DNA of 64,000 nt, from contig OZ316894.1 in assembly GCA_973895155.1 (NCBI GenBank), positions 434,001 to 498,000 of the forward strand, read 5' to 3'. This document shows, one piece after another, positions 23,618 to 35,800 of the stretch. The position numbers and the translations under genes are program-made. Position 1 is the first letter of the stretch; each line of letters begins with the position of its first letter. This DNA comes from Marsupella aquatica (taxonomy: Eukaryota > Plantae > Marchantiophyta). The notes below the pieces were generated by a model. The model was not told where the DNA came from. It did not search any database and worked only from the letters and a program-made list of their open reading frames with translations.

Positions 23618-25502
23618 TCTGCCTCGGATTCGGGGCTGCAGGCTCCCACATACATTCGAACTCCCGGCTCATGTTCTGGCCTCCTTCTCTCCTTGGCTCC
23701 GGTAAAGGGGTTTTCCCTCCTGAGTTGGCTTAGGCCAACTTCTGGGGCAGTGTCCTGTACCGGTGGCGTTGCCGTTGCCGGTCTCTTCTCCTTCTCCAGC
23801 AATTTCAGCAGATTCTGCATGCCTGGTTGCTGCATCGGCAAGTCTTCTTTCCTTGGCCGAAACACTTGCTCGATCGTAGGACTGGCGGGCTGGTTGGGCT
23901 TCTCTGCTACCGGCCTCTGTTCTGGAACTTCCTCGGGTGCCCTTGCCTATAGGGGAAGTACTGGGGCAAAGATCTGACTTCGGGCATATCAGCACAATAG
24001 CGGCATGTGATAGCCAAGCCGCAACATGCTTCCCATGCCAATCACCTGCTGCTCCTCCTTCAAGATTTTCTTCAGTTGGTTGAGGAGGTACCCGTTGTAG
24101 TCCCGACTTGGGTCTGGCCTTTCTGCCAGGTAGACCTATGCCTTGCCGATCTCTGCCCTCGGCAAGTTGCAATGCATGGTCACCCGCAAGAAATCGATCA
24201 TCTTTCCGATGTGCGGGTTGGTGCAGGTGTTTTGGGAAGAAGCCATTCTTCGTTGATGGCCCTGGGAACAACCGGAACTCCTTGTTAGGCAAGGTCTTCC
24301 TGGTATCTACTTTGGTCTTATTGCCCATCGGCAAGCCAAACACTTCGGCAATCACCCGGGGAGTGAGATAGAAATCCTTCCCATACACCCTTGTGGAATT
24401 GGTCTCGGGCTCCCATGATCCCACAAATTCTAATGAGTCTGAATCTGGCACCTCCGGCTTCAACCATGGTAATTTTACAAAGGCTTCCAAGGTGGATCCG
24501 GCCATGAAGCCCTGGTACTTCTTGGTCTGCATGGCCATAAAGCATGCATCCTCCTCGCATGCAAAATATAGTTGCACTTCCTTGGGAAGGGTCGCCGCCT
24601 AGCCTTTCCAAGTGTCATCTTTTGTTGGAATGGCATTGATGGGATCGACCTCCTCCTCTTTGGCTTCTCCCTGCTTCTTGCTCCCCTGCTCCGCTGGCTT
24701 CCTGGGTGCTGCCGACCTCGTTCTTTTTGCCGGGGTGGCCTCTTCGTTGTTGTTTCCTTTCCTCTTCATCGCGGCTGCCATGGATGTTTCTCCTAGCACG
24801 GTTGCCTTCGTCCACCCCTCCGTGCTACCCTTCAACTCCCAGTGCACGTTGTTGCAGCGGTTGATGGCTTCTCGGATACCGATGATTCTGTTTTTGCAAA
24901 ACAGAAGGTCGTCGAGCTGATTGGCAATAGGAGTCCACAAGAACTCGGCCTTGATAAGTTCTCCTCCTAAGAAGGCAGACTTTTGCAGCTCCCACAGTCG
25001 AGCAAGCTCCTGCCGTTCTTGAGCTGCTCTCTCCGATTCTTTGTCCTCGAAAGTCCCAATGTGTACTCAGTTGCCCGTTCAAATAGGCATCCCCAGAAAT
25101 GAGCAGCTTGATTGACGTTGCTCATACCCTCCTTGAATTGATCGTCGGTATCTGCTCCCGCCCAGAGTGCTTGCCTAAGCAGCTGATAGTAGTTGGCCTC
25201 ACGTAGTCGTCTGCCTAGTTCGTGCTTGCAAATGAGCCACCATTCCTCGCGAGCGGTCCTTACCCCTCTCCTCCTCTGGTCTTCCCTCCCGTTGGTTACC
25301 CCTAGCCGCCGACACCTAGCGCGCCCTAACCCTAATTGTTCTCTCTCCCCCGGCGTCCTTACTTCCGGCCTCGGCCCGGGTTCCATAGTCACCCTTAATT
25401 GTTTATATTTTCCTTGTTTTTTGTTACTATACTAATGTGTTTCCAGGGTACACTCCCATTTTCCCACTTAATTGGCCTAGTGATTCCTGGCTAAGCATCA
25501 CA
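23618..25502 (-). mobile_element. Gypsy A3: antisense LTR 5' portion inserted into the RT of copy A2
   Basis: Reverse complement begins TGTGATGCTTAGCCAGGAATCAC at 25502, abutting RT sequence GTATTCCC; frameshifted copy of the 15088 ORF. Confidence 0.85.
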
Positions 25503-28500
25503 GTATTCCCTGATGGTCAAAACTGAAATCGACAAGCTAGTGGAAGCCGGATTCATCACTCCAGTCCTACACTCGGGCTGGGTATCTCCAATTGTGATAG
25601 TTCCCAAGAAAGCGGGACCCGATGGTAAACCCAGAATCCGGGTTTGTCAAGATTACAAGAAGTTAAATGAGGCTACATTGAAAGACCATTTTCCTTTACC
25701 CTTTACTGATATGGTGCTAGACATGGTAGTCAGTCATGAACTATATTCATTCATGGATGGGTACTCTGGTTATAACCAAATCAGGATTAGGCAGGAGGAC
25801 CAAATCAAGCGGCTTTCATCACGGAATGGGGGATCTATGTCTTCAATCGTATGCCGTTTGGACTCTGTAACGCACCAGCTATGTTCCAACAATTAATGGT
25901 GAACATTTTCCATGATTACTTGAGAAAGTTCATGGAAATCTTCAGTGATGACTTTGCAGTATTCAGGAAGGCATCAAAACATGCTAAATACCTAAGGAAG
26001 ACCTTCATGAGATGCAGAGAGGTAGGTCTCAAGTTACACCCAGATAAATGTTTCTTTGGAGTAACAGAGGGTGTGCTGCTAGGTCACAAGGTATCTAAGA
26101 AGGGCATTGAGATTGACAAGGGTAAGCTAGCAGTATGGCTAGATATTATGCAACCTAAGAACATAAAGGATGTGAGATCCTTCTTGGGGTGCATTGGGTA
26201 GTATCGCCGGTTCATCAAGGATTTTGCCAAGCTAGCTTTACCGTTGACCAACATGCTCAAGGCAGGTGCGGACTTCAAACCCACACTAGAAAGAGTAACA
26301 GCTGTGGTGGAATTAAAGCAAATGTTAGTGGAGGCCCCAGTCATGATAGCACCAGACTGGAACAAGGATTTTCATGTCTTCGTAGATGTCTCAGGCTTCT
26401 GTATCGGCTCAGTACTAAGTCAGTTGGATGAGAAAGGAAGGGACCATCCCAGATACTTTGCAAGCCGCCAGCTTGCCGATGCCGAACGAAACTACTCCAC
26501 CACAGAAAGAGAAGCATTAGGAGTCATTTATTCTTGTAAAAAGTTTAGGCATTATTTGCTAGGGTACAAAGTAATCTTTCATACTGATCATGAAAGTTTG
26601 AAGTACCTAGTAAATAAGCCGGACCTTACAGGCAGGGTAGCAAGATGGATTTTTCTATTACAGGAATTTGACTATGAGCTAAAAATCAAGTCGGGAAAGC
26701 TGCACGCCAATGCCGATTTCTTTTCAAGGATCACAGGTGAACCTACCACAGATTGCATCGATGACCCTGATACATGGTACCCTGAGATTTTGCAATTTCT
26801 CAGCACGACCAGATTTCAGCCAGGGCTAACCCGAGAACAAGCCGCAGTCTTTCTGCAGAAGGTTAGACAGTATCAGTGCATTAAAGGCGTGCTCCACAGG
26901 TTTGGAATCAGCGGCATGATTCAAAGGTGTTTGGAGAAGGGAGAGGTAAAACGAGTCTTACGAGCTATGCATGGAGAGGAAGCCGGAGGACATTTTTCTC
27001 CAATAACCACGTCTAAAAAGATATTAGATGCCGATTACTGGTGGCCCACCTTGCACAAAGATGTCTATCAGTTTATCAAACAATGCAATCCTTGTCAACG
27101 AGCGGGAGGACCAAGGGCGTCCACAAGACATCCTCTGCACCCTATTCTACCTCTGGCACCATTCGAGAAGTGGGGTATTGATTTCATTGGACCTCTGAAA
27201 CCATTGACCCATCCTCGGAGAAACAAGTACATAATCCTGGCCACGGATTATGCAACTAAGTGGGTGGAGGCCAGGCCGACAACGAAGGATGATGCAATTA
27301 CTACGGCTCAATTCATGTATGAGCAGATCTTCACCAGGTATGGCGCACCCCTAGAATTAGTTAGTGATAGAGGAACCCATTTTCTGAATGATATAATTAG
27401 TCGTTTAAATGAGCAGTATTTAGTTAGACATAGGCCTACTACTCCTTACCACCCAAAGGCAAATGGGTTGACAGAACAAGCCAACGGGATTATAGGAAAA
27501 ATATTAAACAAGACTGTAGCTCAGAACAAACTCGATTGGGATGATAAATTGTTTGCTGTTGTTTTTGCTTACAATTTAGCCTATAAATCCACTACCGATC
27601 ATACACCCTTTTTCTTAACCTTTGGGCAGGAAGCTCTGGTACCCCTGCAACTTGAGATACCTACATTTCAAGTTACAATTGAGGAAAGAGTCTCAGAGGA
27701 GGAAAGCCTAAAGGAGCAAGAATATAGATTAGAAGCTTTAGAAGAGGCAAGAATGATTTCAGCCGAGAGAGTAGAATATAGACAAAATACCATGAAGCAA
27801 CAGTATGATAAAAAGTTGAAACCAGTTAGTATTCATGTCACGTCGTAGGCTTCGGCCTTAACTCAGACTTCAGCTTAGACGGGCACATCCCTCGTAAATC
27901 TGAGGGTTCGGGCAGGAAGGGAAGCACGTAATGCACCTTATTCTCGTAAACTAGCGCTAAGTGCGCATACTGCTAAATACGGACACCTCCTAGGTATGGT
28001 TTGTGTTCCGCCGCCGGAACGTACCTTAGTCGATAGCAGGATCGACCCCGGCTTAAGGGCTTCTAAGCCTTCGTGCTGTCCGCCTTCGATCCGGATTCGA
28101 TGATACAGGTCCTCAACCCGTGCTCGCAACCACTTACCCGCAGGCTGCACCCTGTGCACATCTCGGGTAGTGCGTTCGGCCCGGCGCTGCCACCCATATA
28201 CGAGAAACCCACACACATATGCGCACACATGCATACAATCTCGATTTACACGAAGGAAAAATGATGGGAAAGGATTTTACTACAAAGGGAACATATGCGT
28301 ACACTTAGTTGACACGACAGCCCTGGAATGCACAGGTTCAAGGCCAAGGGTGCACACTACAACGGAGCCCGGCTCCGCACTCGCCCGGCGAGCTTAGTCC
28401 TACCCCCTCCCCTTGGTACTCTGTCATTCCCAGAGGTCGGGACTCCCCGCATGTCCCGCGGATGTCCGACTCTGAAACTAAAACCCCCCCCCTTGCCTCT

Positions 28501-30377
28501 ACCGAGGGGTGCACTAAATACTAAGAGCCGAGGAACGGGGTGTCCTCCCGCCGAAGATTCGCTGACCAAGGTCCTAACTAAGCTGACAGTCAGGCCGGAA
28601 AACGGCTGTGTCTTATTAGAAGATCCTAATCTACGCAGGCTGGACAGCAGGGCAGCGCTGTACCTAAGGCAGGTGCCTGTCCCAAGAGCCTGACTAAGCC
28701 AATCCTAATCCTAATCTATTCCTACTCCGCCGCTAATGCCTGGCACGCTTGCCAGAGCCGCCCGAATGGGAACGGCCATCCCGCTGCCTTCGAAGCCTGT
28801 CATTGTCCGCTTTGAGGAGCTGGACCTGGTCCAGCAGAGATTCGTTCTCTCGCCTCGCCGCGTCCGTCTCCTCTGCTGCCTCCTGACATGCCTCCTCCAG
28901 CTGCTGGGCGTCGCTCGTCAGTTTACTCGCCAGCTGGTCCTGCTTCTCGGCCTCGGTTTGGAGCCGCGCCATCTCGGCCTGCAGAGTGGCTATCTCCGTC
29001 GCGTCCCGCTGGGCTCGCTCCTCGGCCTCCTCCAGGTCTTTCTGCCAGGTGACAGCTTGTTTCTTCAAACTGTCAATCTGGTTCCGGAGTCGTGTAATCT
29101 CGGCCTCGTTCCCAGCTTTGGCCTGTTTGGCTAGGGCGGTAAGAGTGTACGCCTTTGCTAACAACTCATCGGCGGCTGCAACCTTGGGTTGTAGTTGCAG
29201 AAGCTCAGCCTCTTGAGCCGCCACTTCGTTCTTTAGGTACACGGACTCCACCCGGTACCGCTCTATCCTCTGAAGGGCCTCCGACTGGGCCCGACCTGCC
29301 TTTACGGCGGCAACCAACTCCTGATTGAAGAAACAGGCTACCTTCCGGGCCATGAACTCCCCGGTATCCCGGGCAATTTGATGAGAGAAATCTCCCAGAA
29401 GCCCGTTCAGAAACGTACCCTGTACGAAGAGTTCCGGGTGGTCCAAGTTGTGCCTGTCCGGATTTGGGCACGGGCAGACATCAACACGCGCAGGGGCCGG
29501 GGCAGTGACGTCCAGCCCTGGGGACATAACGTTGGAAGGGGCCGGAGTGTCCTCCTGCAGCGATGTCCGGTTCTCCGGAATTGCCACCGGCGGGTCCTTG
29601 GGAGACCCGGGTTCGGGTAAGACCTATGCCGTACCAACTTATGTACTTAGCCTGGCTAGTTGGGTCGCATCAACGGTTGCGATGACCGACCCCTCCGGCG
29701 CCTCCTCGGTTACGATTACAGCTATTTTTGGAGGTGGGGTGGGTGAAGCTGGCGTGTCCACTGGACTTCGGGCCTCGGGTTGGGGCCGTCTCTCCAATGC
29801 CGGAAAAACCCACCTAGCTGGGACCAGCTTTGTAACGTTGATGCGGGGAAGGGTTCGTCGATCAAACCGGGCGTACCATGTGACGGGTACCCCGTCACGG
29901 GAAGTCACACATAACTGGTTGCAAAGGCCGATACCTTGTTAATAGTCAATGTAAATAAGCCATTTTTTAATTTTTAGTTAATTCCGTCATTATAGGTTGA
30001 TGATGCCCCAGGTGACTTTATATTCTTTCTCTCATAATAGTTCTAAGATTTGCGGCGACCTAAGTGGGCAAATATTTTGGGACCTTGAAACTAGCCAGGA
30101 CCAGCCCCATAGGACTTACCGTTTTGCTTCAAGAGCTATTGTTGAGACCCCCATTGCAAAGTCAGGAGAGGGGGGGGTTTTTTTTTAAATAAATCCCTCC
30201 TCAGGAGGGCGAGTCCCATTAGTGGCCGTCCGAGAGAAAGAGGGGCTGCCTCGCGAGCCCATAGGGCTGCGTGCCCGGGCGATTAATGGGGCTCCGCGAG
30301 CTGAAGGGGCTGCCTCGCGAGCCCATAGGGCTGCGTGCCCGGGCAATTAATGAGGCTCCGCGAGCTGAAGGAGCGCA

Positions 30378-30615
30378 AGCGAGCGGGGGGGGGGGGGAGT
30401 TAAAGGGCCTCCCGCAAGCTGGGAGGATCACGCGAGCGGGGGGGAGTTAAAGGGCCTCCCGCGAGCTGGGAGGATCACGCGAGCGGGGGGGAGTTAAAGG
30501 GCCTCCCGCGAGCTGGGAGGATCACGCGAGCGGGGGGGAGTTAAAGGGCCTCCCGCGAGCTGGGAGGATCACGCGAGCGGGGGGGAGTTGAAGGGCCTCC
30601 CGCGAGCCGGGAGGA
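30378..30615 (+). repeat. 47-bp tandem repeat, ~5 copies (preceded by a ~63-bp duplication at ~30242-30368)
   Basis: GCGAGCGGGGGGGAGTTAAAGGGCCTCCCGCGAGCTGGGAGGATCAC, period 47. Confidence 0.9.
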
Positions 30616-31037
30616 ATGGCCGCGCGCCCTGCATAGGGCCGCGCGCAGGAGGACGCAAGGGTAAGGCCCGAGAAATGGGCCGGGGCGCATGGCGAAGGCG
30701 CCAGGAGTTTTTTCGGTTCTATTTTTTTTCCTTCCTTTTTCTTTCCCTCTTCCTTTTGCACGACCCTCTCATTGCCGAAAGCAAAAACGGGGTTCTTCTC
30801 TCTCTTGCCGGAAGCTCTCTCCAGATTCTAATTATTTTTGAAGCTCTCTCTTTCATGGTGGATTAGTGGGGCTTGCTGGCGTCATTCTTCCAGGCATTAG
30901 TGGCGGCCGCACGGAGTAGTGACGGGAAATTGAGAGAATTTAAGTGATCGGGCTACGGGGGCTGTTTCGGGCCAGGGAATTGACATTGCCACGGGTGACG
31001 GGATTGGTGATTGAGAAATTGATTTCGGGATGCATGG

Positions 31038-32894
31038 ATGCTAGATCAACCAGAGTTTAGTGCGTCACGCATTCGGAGATACAAGGCTGCTTACCGTGAC
31101 TACGTGGAGACTCGGATTACACGGGAAAGGGAAGAGAGAGAAGTTATGATGAGCACGGGATTGGCAGCGGGTTCCTCACCGGTGGGTAGGAAGATTTTTC
31201 GTCGAATTTATCCCAAGACCTCCACCAAGGTGATGGAGGATTGTCGGAACATTTTCCAAGCCACCGGGCTTACAGAATTCATGAAGGTGGAGATTACCAT
31301 CCCTTCAGGGAAGAGCTGGGACATTGAGGCCGGGATGGAGTTCCGAACGGAGGGAATCTACTTTGAATGTCTCAAACGTGTAGTGCCCCATGTGGAGTTG
31401 GCTAAGCTATTGTTTCTTGAGAATCAGAAATTCTCATTCACACCTCGGAATATCAGGGGAGAACTCACGTTGAAAATGGTGGCCACTTGGGTGACCAATC
31501 CTACCTCCACCACCGCCATCCCTCTTTCTGCTGTCAAGCATGTTGAGTATAAGGGCTTCCTGGCCAAGGTGCATCAACGGGTTCTTGGCAACGTGCAATC
31601 CGGAGTGCTGAATGAGGAGCATTTCGTGGTAGCTATGGACATCAAGAACTACCCAGCCCATGTGTACGGATGGTGGTGCTACGGATTGAAGAAGCTATTG
31701 GCCGCTGAGCCCGGGAGTGTGAAACCAGGTGGGGCTGTACATTTGATGGGGTCATTTGTATTGGCCAGGGCAGAAGGGTTGATTGGTTCTCCGGGGCATG
31801 AAGACACGGGATCATCTCTCACCACGGAGATCCGGAGTATTGCCACTACCGTTTTAGGGAAGCTCACGGAGGAATCATTGTCTGCTGGTGGGGAGGATAA
31901 TAGAGAAGAAGAGAACCAGGAGGATGATTGCACATTGGAGTGGCTTGAATCACTCGTGGGAGATCCGAAACAGCCTCTGGAATACAACATTCCGGATGTT
32001 TACTTGGCAGAGCTACGGGATTTCAGAGAGGGAGTCCACGAGGGACTCAAGCTAGTCCACGCATTGAGGGAGTCTCTCAAGCACGCCACAGTCAAAGTAG
32101 AGACGTTAGAGCAGAGCATCCTGTCACTGAAGGAGGTGATCAAGACCAAGGAGCAGACCATTCATGAGAAGGTCAGGCACATCAATGCAGCTCACGTAGA
32201 GATCACCAACTTGAAGGGAGCTTTGTCCACCAAGGCCAAGGAAGCAGAAGAAGTAGGAGCGTTGAGGCAAGCATTGGCCAAAGAGAAGCAAAATTCTGGA
32301 GAAGTGATGGAGTGGAGGAACCAGGTGGGAGCACTACGGAGTCAGGTGGCAGCCTTTGAGACACGAGCGAAGAGAAGTGAGGCCCTGAGTCTAGGGAAAC
32401 GGAAGAGTCCCGGCACACCTGGCTCCACACTTTCCCCGGATGTGATCTCCCAAGCTATCGAGATGGTGGTGAAGGAGGTTAGTGGGAAGTATGGACCCTT
32501 GTTGGATGGAGCCAAGAAGAGTCAGGAGAAGAGTAAGAGCTTGGAGAAGAAGCTCCGGGAGGTACGGAAATCGTTACGGGAGGCTCAGGTCAGTACGGGG
32601 ATGCCACCCAGGTCTGACACCCCCGGGACTCCCATGGCCACGGGGCAAGTTCTACCGTTGGAGTTGCGGTCCGGAGAAGAGGCTACCCTCTGGAAGGACA
32701 CAATTGGTGAGGGGTACATCAAGGCGTGGCAGGCCTTGGCTGCTTTGAGGAAGCGCGGGAGCAGCAGCACTAAGAGTACTCCGTCGAAGAAGAAGAAAAG
32801 TACGGTGGCACTCACTCCCGTGAGTGATGAGGAGGAGGACCACTCACGGGGCACAAGTCCGGGCACCGAGAGCGAAGAAGAAGAGGAGGATTAG
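31038..32894 (+). CDS. 618-aa accessory protein of cassette C: globular N-terminus, coiled coil, basic/acidic tail
   Basis: Uninterrupted ORF; FQATGLTEF motif; heptad-rich region; KKKKS and EEEEED at the C-terminus. Confidence 0.75.
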   Translation: MLDQPEFSASRIRRYKAAYRDYVETRITREREEREVMMSTGLAAGSSPVGRKIFRRIYPKTSTKVMEDCRNIFQATGLTEFMKVEITIPSGKSWDIEAGMEFRTEGIYFECLKRVVPHVELAKLLFLENQKFSFTPRNIRGELTLKMVATWVTNPTSTTAIPLSAVKHVEYKGFLAKVHQRVLGNVQSGVLNEEHFVVAMDIKNYPAHVYGWWCYGLKKLLAAEPGSVKPGGAVHLMGSFVLARAEGLIGSPGHEDTGSSLTTEIRSIATTVLGKLTEESLSAGGEDNREEENQEDDCTLEWLESLVGDPKQPLEYNIPDVYLAELRDFREGVHEGLKLVHALRESLKHATVKVETLEQSILSLKEVIKTKEQTIHEKVRHINAAHVEITNLKGALSTKAKEAEEVGALRQALAKEKQNSGEVMEWRNQVGALRSQVAAFETRAKRSEALSLGKRKSPGTPGSTLSPDVISQAIEMVVKEVSGKYGPLLDGAKKSQEKSKSLEKKLREVRKSLREAQVSTGMPPRSDTPGTPMATGQVLPLELRSGEEATLWKDTIGEGYIKAWQALAALRKRGSSSTKSTPSKKKKSTVALTPVSDEEEDHSRGTSPGTESEEEEED

Positions 32895-35800
32895 ATAGGC
32901 GTACGGACGTGGGTGTACGGCCTCCAGATTTCCAACATTTTAGTGGGGGGTCACTCATGGGCTTGTTGGGATGAGCTCGCGGAGCTGATTCCAACAAGAG
33001 GCGGCGCTCCTCAAACGGAGCCAGGATGAGCAAGTTATGGCCTGGAGAACTTATGTTTTTGCGGTACGGAAACGGCCATAACTCAGGCGTCTGAAGTCCG
33101 TTGAGGGAGCGACTTAGTGATTCGGAAGCAGGAAAAGAAGAGCTATCCAGGGGTGAGCTCAGGTGTGCACTTGGAAGGGCACCTAGTTTCGGCCATTTTG
33201 GGGTGCCTCTCACTTTCAGGGTTCACGTGTACTGTTGGGGCGCCGTCGAAGGCACCGTCGGCCCCCTTGTTTTGGGTTTAGGGTTTTAGCAGCATGTGTG
33301 TGCCGCATGCTCCTCTTCAGTTTAAGGATTTCTCTTAGTGCAAGGTTTTAGCGGCGCCGCTAGGGTAGCCGCCACCGTTGTGACCCTGTGAGGGGTGCTT
33401 TGGTGTGATTTTTCAGTATTTAGGGGGATAGCCCCGAAGTAGTTAGGGGGACTCAGTGTGAAGTTAGCAAGGAGGGATAGAGTGGAGCCTGAGGAGTTTG
33501 AAAGCGTGTTCAGAGTAGTGAGGGGGAGCCATACTCATTGTCCGGAGAGGCAGGAGTTGAGTAGACGGCAGGAGGCCGGGTTACTCATGCAATGTGTATC
33601 GTTTTTCCCAAGAGATATGGATCTGTACATTTGACTTGATGGGCTTTTGTTGTGTGTTCCTTCTCCCTTTTTCGCTTTCCGAATTGTGTTCTCCCGTTCT
33701 ATGATTTGAAGAAACTTGCTTGGTTTGAGTCGGCCTTGTGAGTAGGGGTGGTGACAGCACTCTTTGGGTGACTCCGAGTGAAGGTGTAGTGGGGTAGTCG
33801 GCAGGACTTGATCAAAAGCTGTGGGGTGAGGGTAGTCGGTAGACTTGATCAAAACCTACATTTCCGGGAGCGGAAACCAAAATACTCATCCTGGTGTGAA
33901 AAGAATCCAAATAGCGTCCCTCCACGACCCCGTAATACGATACCAACGGTTTAAGCGAAGAAAAGTGCGGTTTGCACGTATTAACCGTTGGAGAGGCAAG
34001 TGACATACCACTCAAGAATGATTTCGATGTGGCTAGCGAAATACGCCTTCCCGCCAATGTACAGCGTCTTCCTTCGCCGCTCCATCTCTTCATGGAATTT
34101 CTTAGCGAAGTACGACGCCCATTTCCTAGGTCGATAGTTCTCGACCTGGATGACCTGGGCGGCGGAGATCTCCCCCCGGGGTTCCATCATGTGGAGAGCG
34201 TACCTCTGGAACTCCAGCCGCTCAGCTATCTCGGGCATGAGGCAGGTCCTCATCACGAACCCGTTGTCTACTGATCCCTCTGAGGGAAAACTTGAAGATT
34301 GGTACTTGGCCCCCTTGCCCCCGAGAGCCCGTGATTCGACTCGATGGTCACCTTCGGGTAACCCGAAGATCATCTTGAGCCGTTCTTCTGTGAGGGACAT
34401 ATTCCTTCCCCGCAGCCGAGTCTGTTGACGTACGTCGTCATAATTCTTGACGAATTCTGTCATGTCCTCCCCGTAGTACCTGCAAGTGTTCCAGGGGAGA
34501 GAGGCGAGGTGCTCAAATCCCTGAGTCTTCAGGTACACCGCATACTTGGGATGGAGGATGTTGCTGTGAACGTTTTCCCCCATGCGATGCATCGTTACCT
34601 TGGCTACGGCTACCGTGGCCAACGGTAACCCGGATGCACTGGCGGATTCCTTCCTCTTCTTTCCCCGTGACTGACTCGGGGAAGGTGATACTTCCCCATC
34701 CTCCCGATCGGGCCTGGGGAGTGCCACTGCGGTTGGTAACGGGCCCGGGGCGGCCACGGTCACCATGTTGTCTGCTGGGGCCGCTCCTGGGGTTAGAGCA
34801 GGGGGTGGGGACGATATAGTGTCGGCCCCCCGAGCGCTTGTTCCTCTGGGCCGCCTGGTCAAGGGTGGGGTAGCCTCGTCGTCATCGCTAAGATCCACAG
34901 CGTTGATGACGGAGCGTACCTGTGCTGGCTGGGTGATAGGTGGTGGGGTTTGGCTAGGCTGCGGCTGAGGCTGAAGCTGAAGCTGAGGTTGCATGGGCAC
35001 GGGTACGGGTACGGGCCCGGCTGAGTTGGTCATGTTGGTTGATGGCCGAGTTCCCATGAAGCTCTGTAGGTGCTGGTAGAAGTTCTCCGAAGCGAGTGCG
35101 GACGCCCTTGTCGAACGGTTGGTACTGGACTCGCCGTTAATGATAGCCCGAACCTGGGCAGGGATGTGGTCGAAGTGATGTCGCTGCAGGTCGATTGTAC
35201 CCGGGATATTGAAGACCTCATCCGGAAGCCGAAGCAATGCTTCCCAGAACCCGATATATTTGTCTCCGTTGAAGAAGTACCCAGATACCTCAGCTGGTCG
35301 GTAAAGCTCGCTCTGAGACGGGTAGTCAAAGTTAAGGACGTAGTGGTGTCGTCCTGCTAGGCGGATGGCTCTCTCGTATTCGCGTTCGATCTCGTATCGG
35401 CGCGGGTTGGCGTGTTTCAATTAATCGGCCAAGTGCCTTCCGGTAGATAGGAACTGCGTCCAAAATCGAATGGCCGAGCTGGAGAGGATCGTGTGCGACA
35501 TTCAGAGGAGATAGTAGTGGCGACCTAGAGAGAACGAGAGAGCTGGGGTCGAAGCTGGCGCGCGGACTGATGGACTGGTGCACTACAAAGGGTTGGCTCC
35601 CCTTTTATACTTTGAGGGCTTGTCGATCCCCGACGTCTCCTCGACGCCCATAGGTTGAACCGCTCACGCTTGTGGTGTACCGGCCACTCCGCCGGTCTGA
35701 GTCAGCGTGCGTCAGTGGCCGCTTCCTTAAGTTCGTTATACGGACCCGAGGGAGGGGCCCCTCCACGCTCGTAACCCGGGTGTGCGAATAGTGACCCGCC

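Larger units (their letters stand above)
29879..34005 (+). mobile_element. Cassette C: 4127-bp solo-LTR-like element
   Basis: TGTGAC...GTGACA; TSD TACCA at 29874-29878 and 34006-34010; no RT or IN. Confidence 0.87.
28733..35501 (-). pseudogene. Accessory ORF of B2, split by cassette C and a few nonsense codons
   Basis: Segments 35501-34006 and 29873-28733 rejoin as ...IILEWYARFDRR..., matching B1 IIIEWYARLDRR. Confidence 0.78.

Noticed and set aside
19637-23622. B1 as a recombination product joining unrelated flanks
   Set aside because: TCTGC TSD matches on both sides; the flank change is explained by the A1 LTR ending at 19632 inside the antisense A3 LTR
30378-30615. 47-bp hairpin repeats as CRISPR-like
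   Set aside because: Pure tandem repeat without spacers
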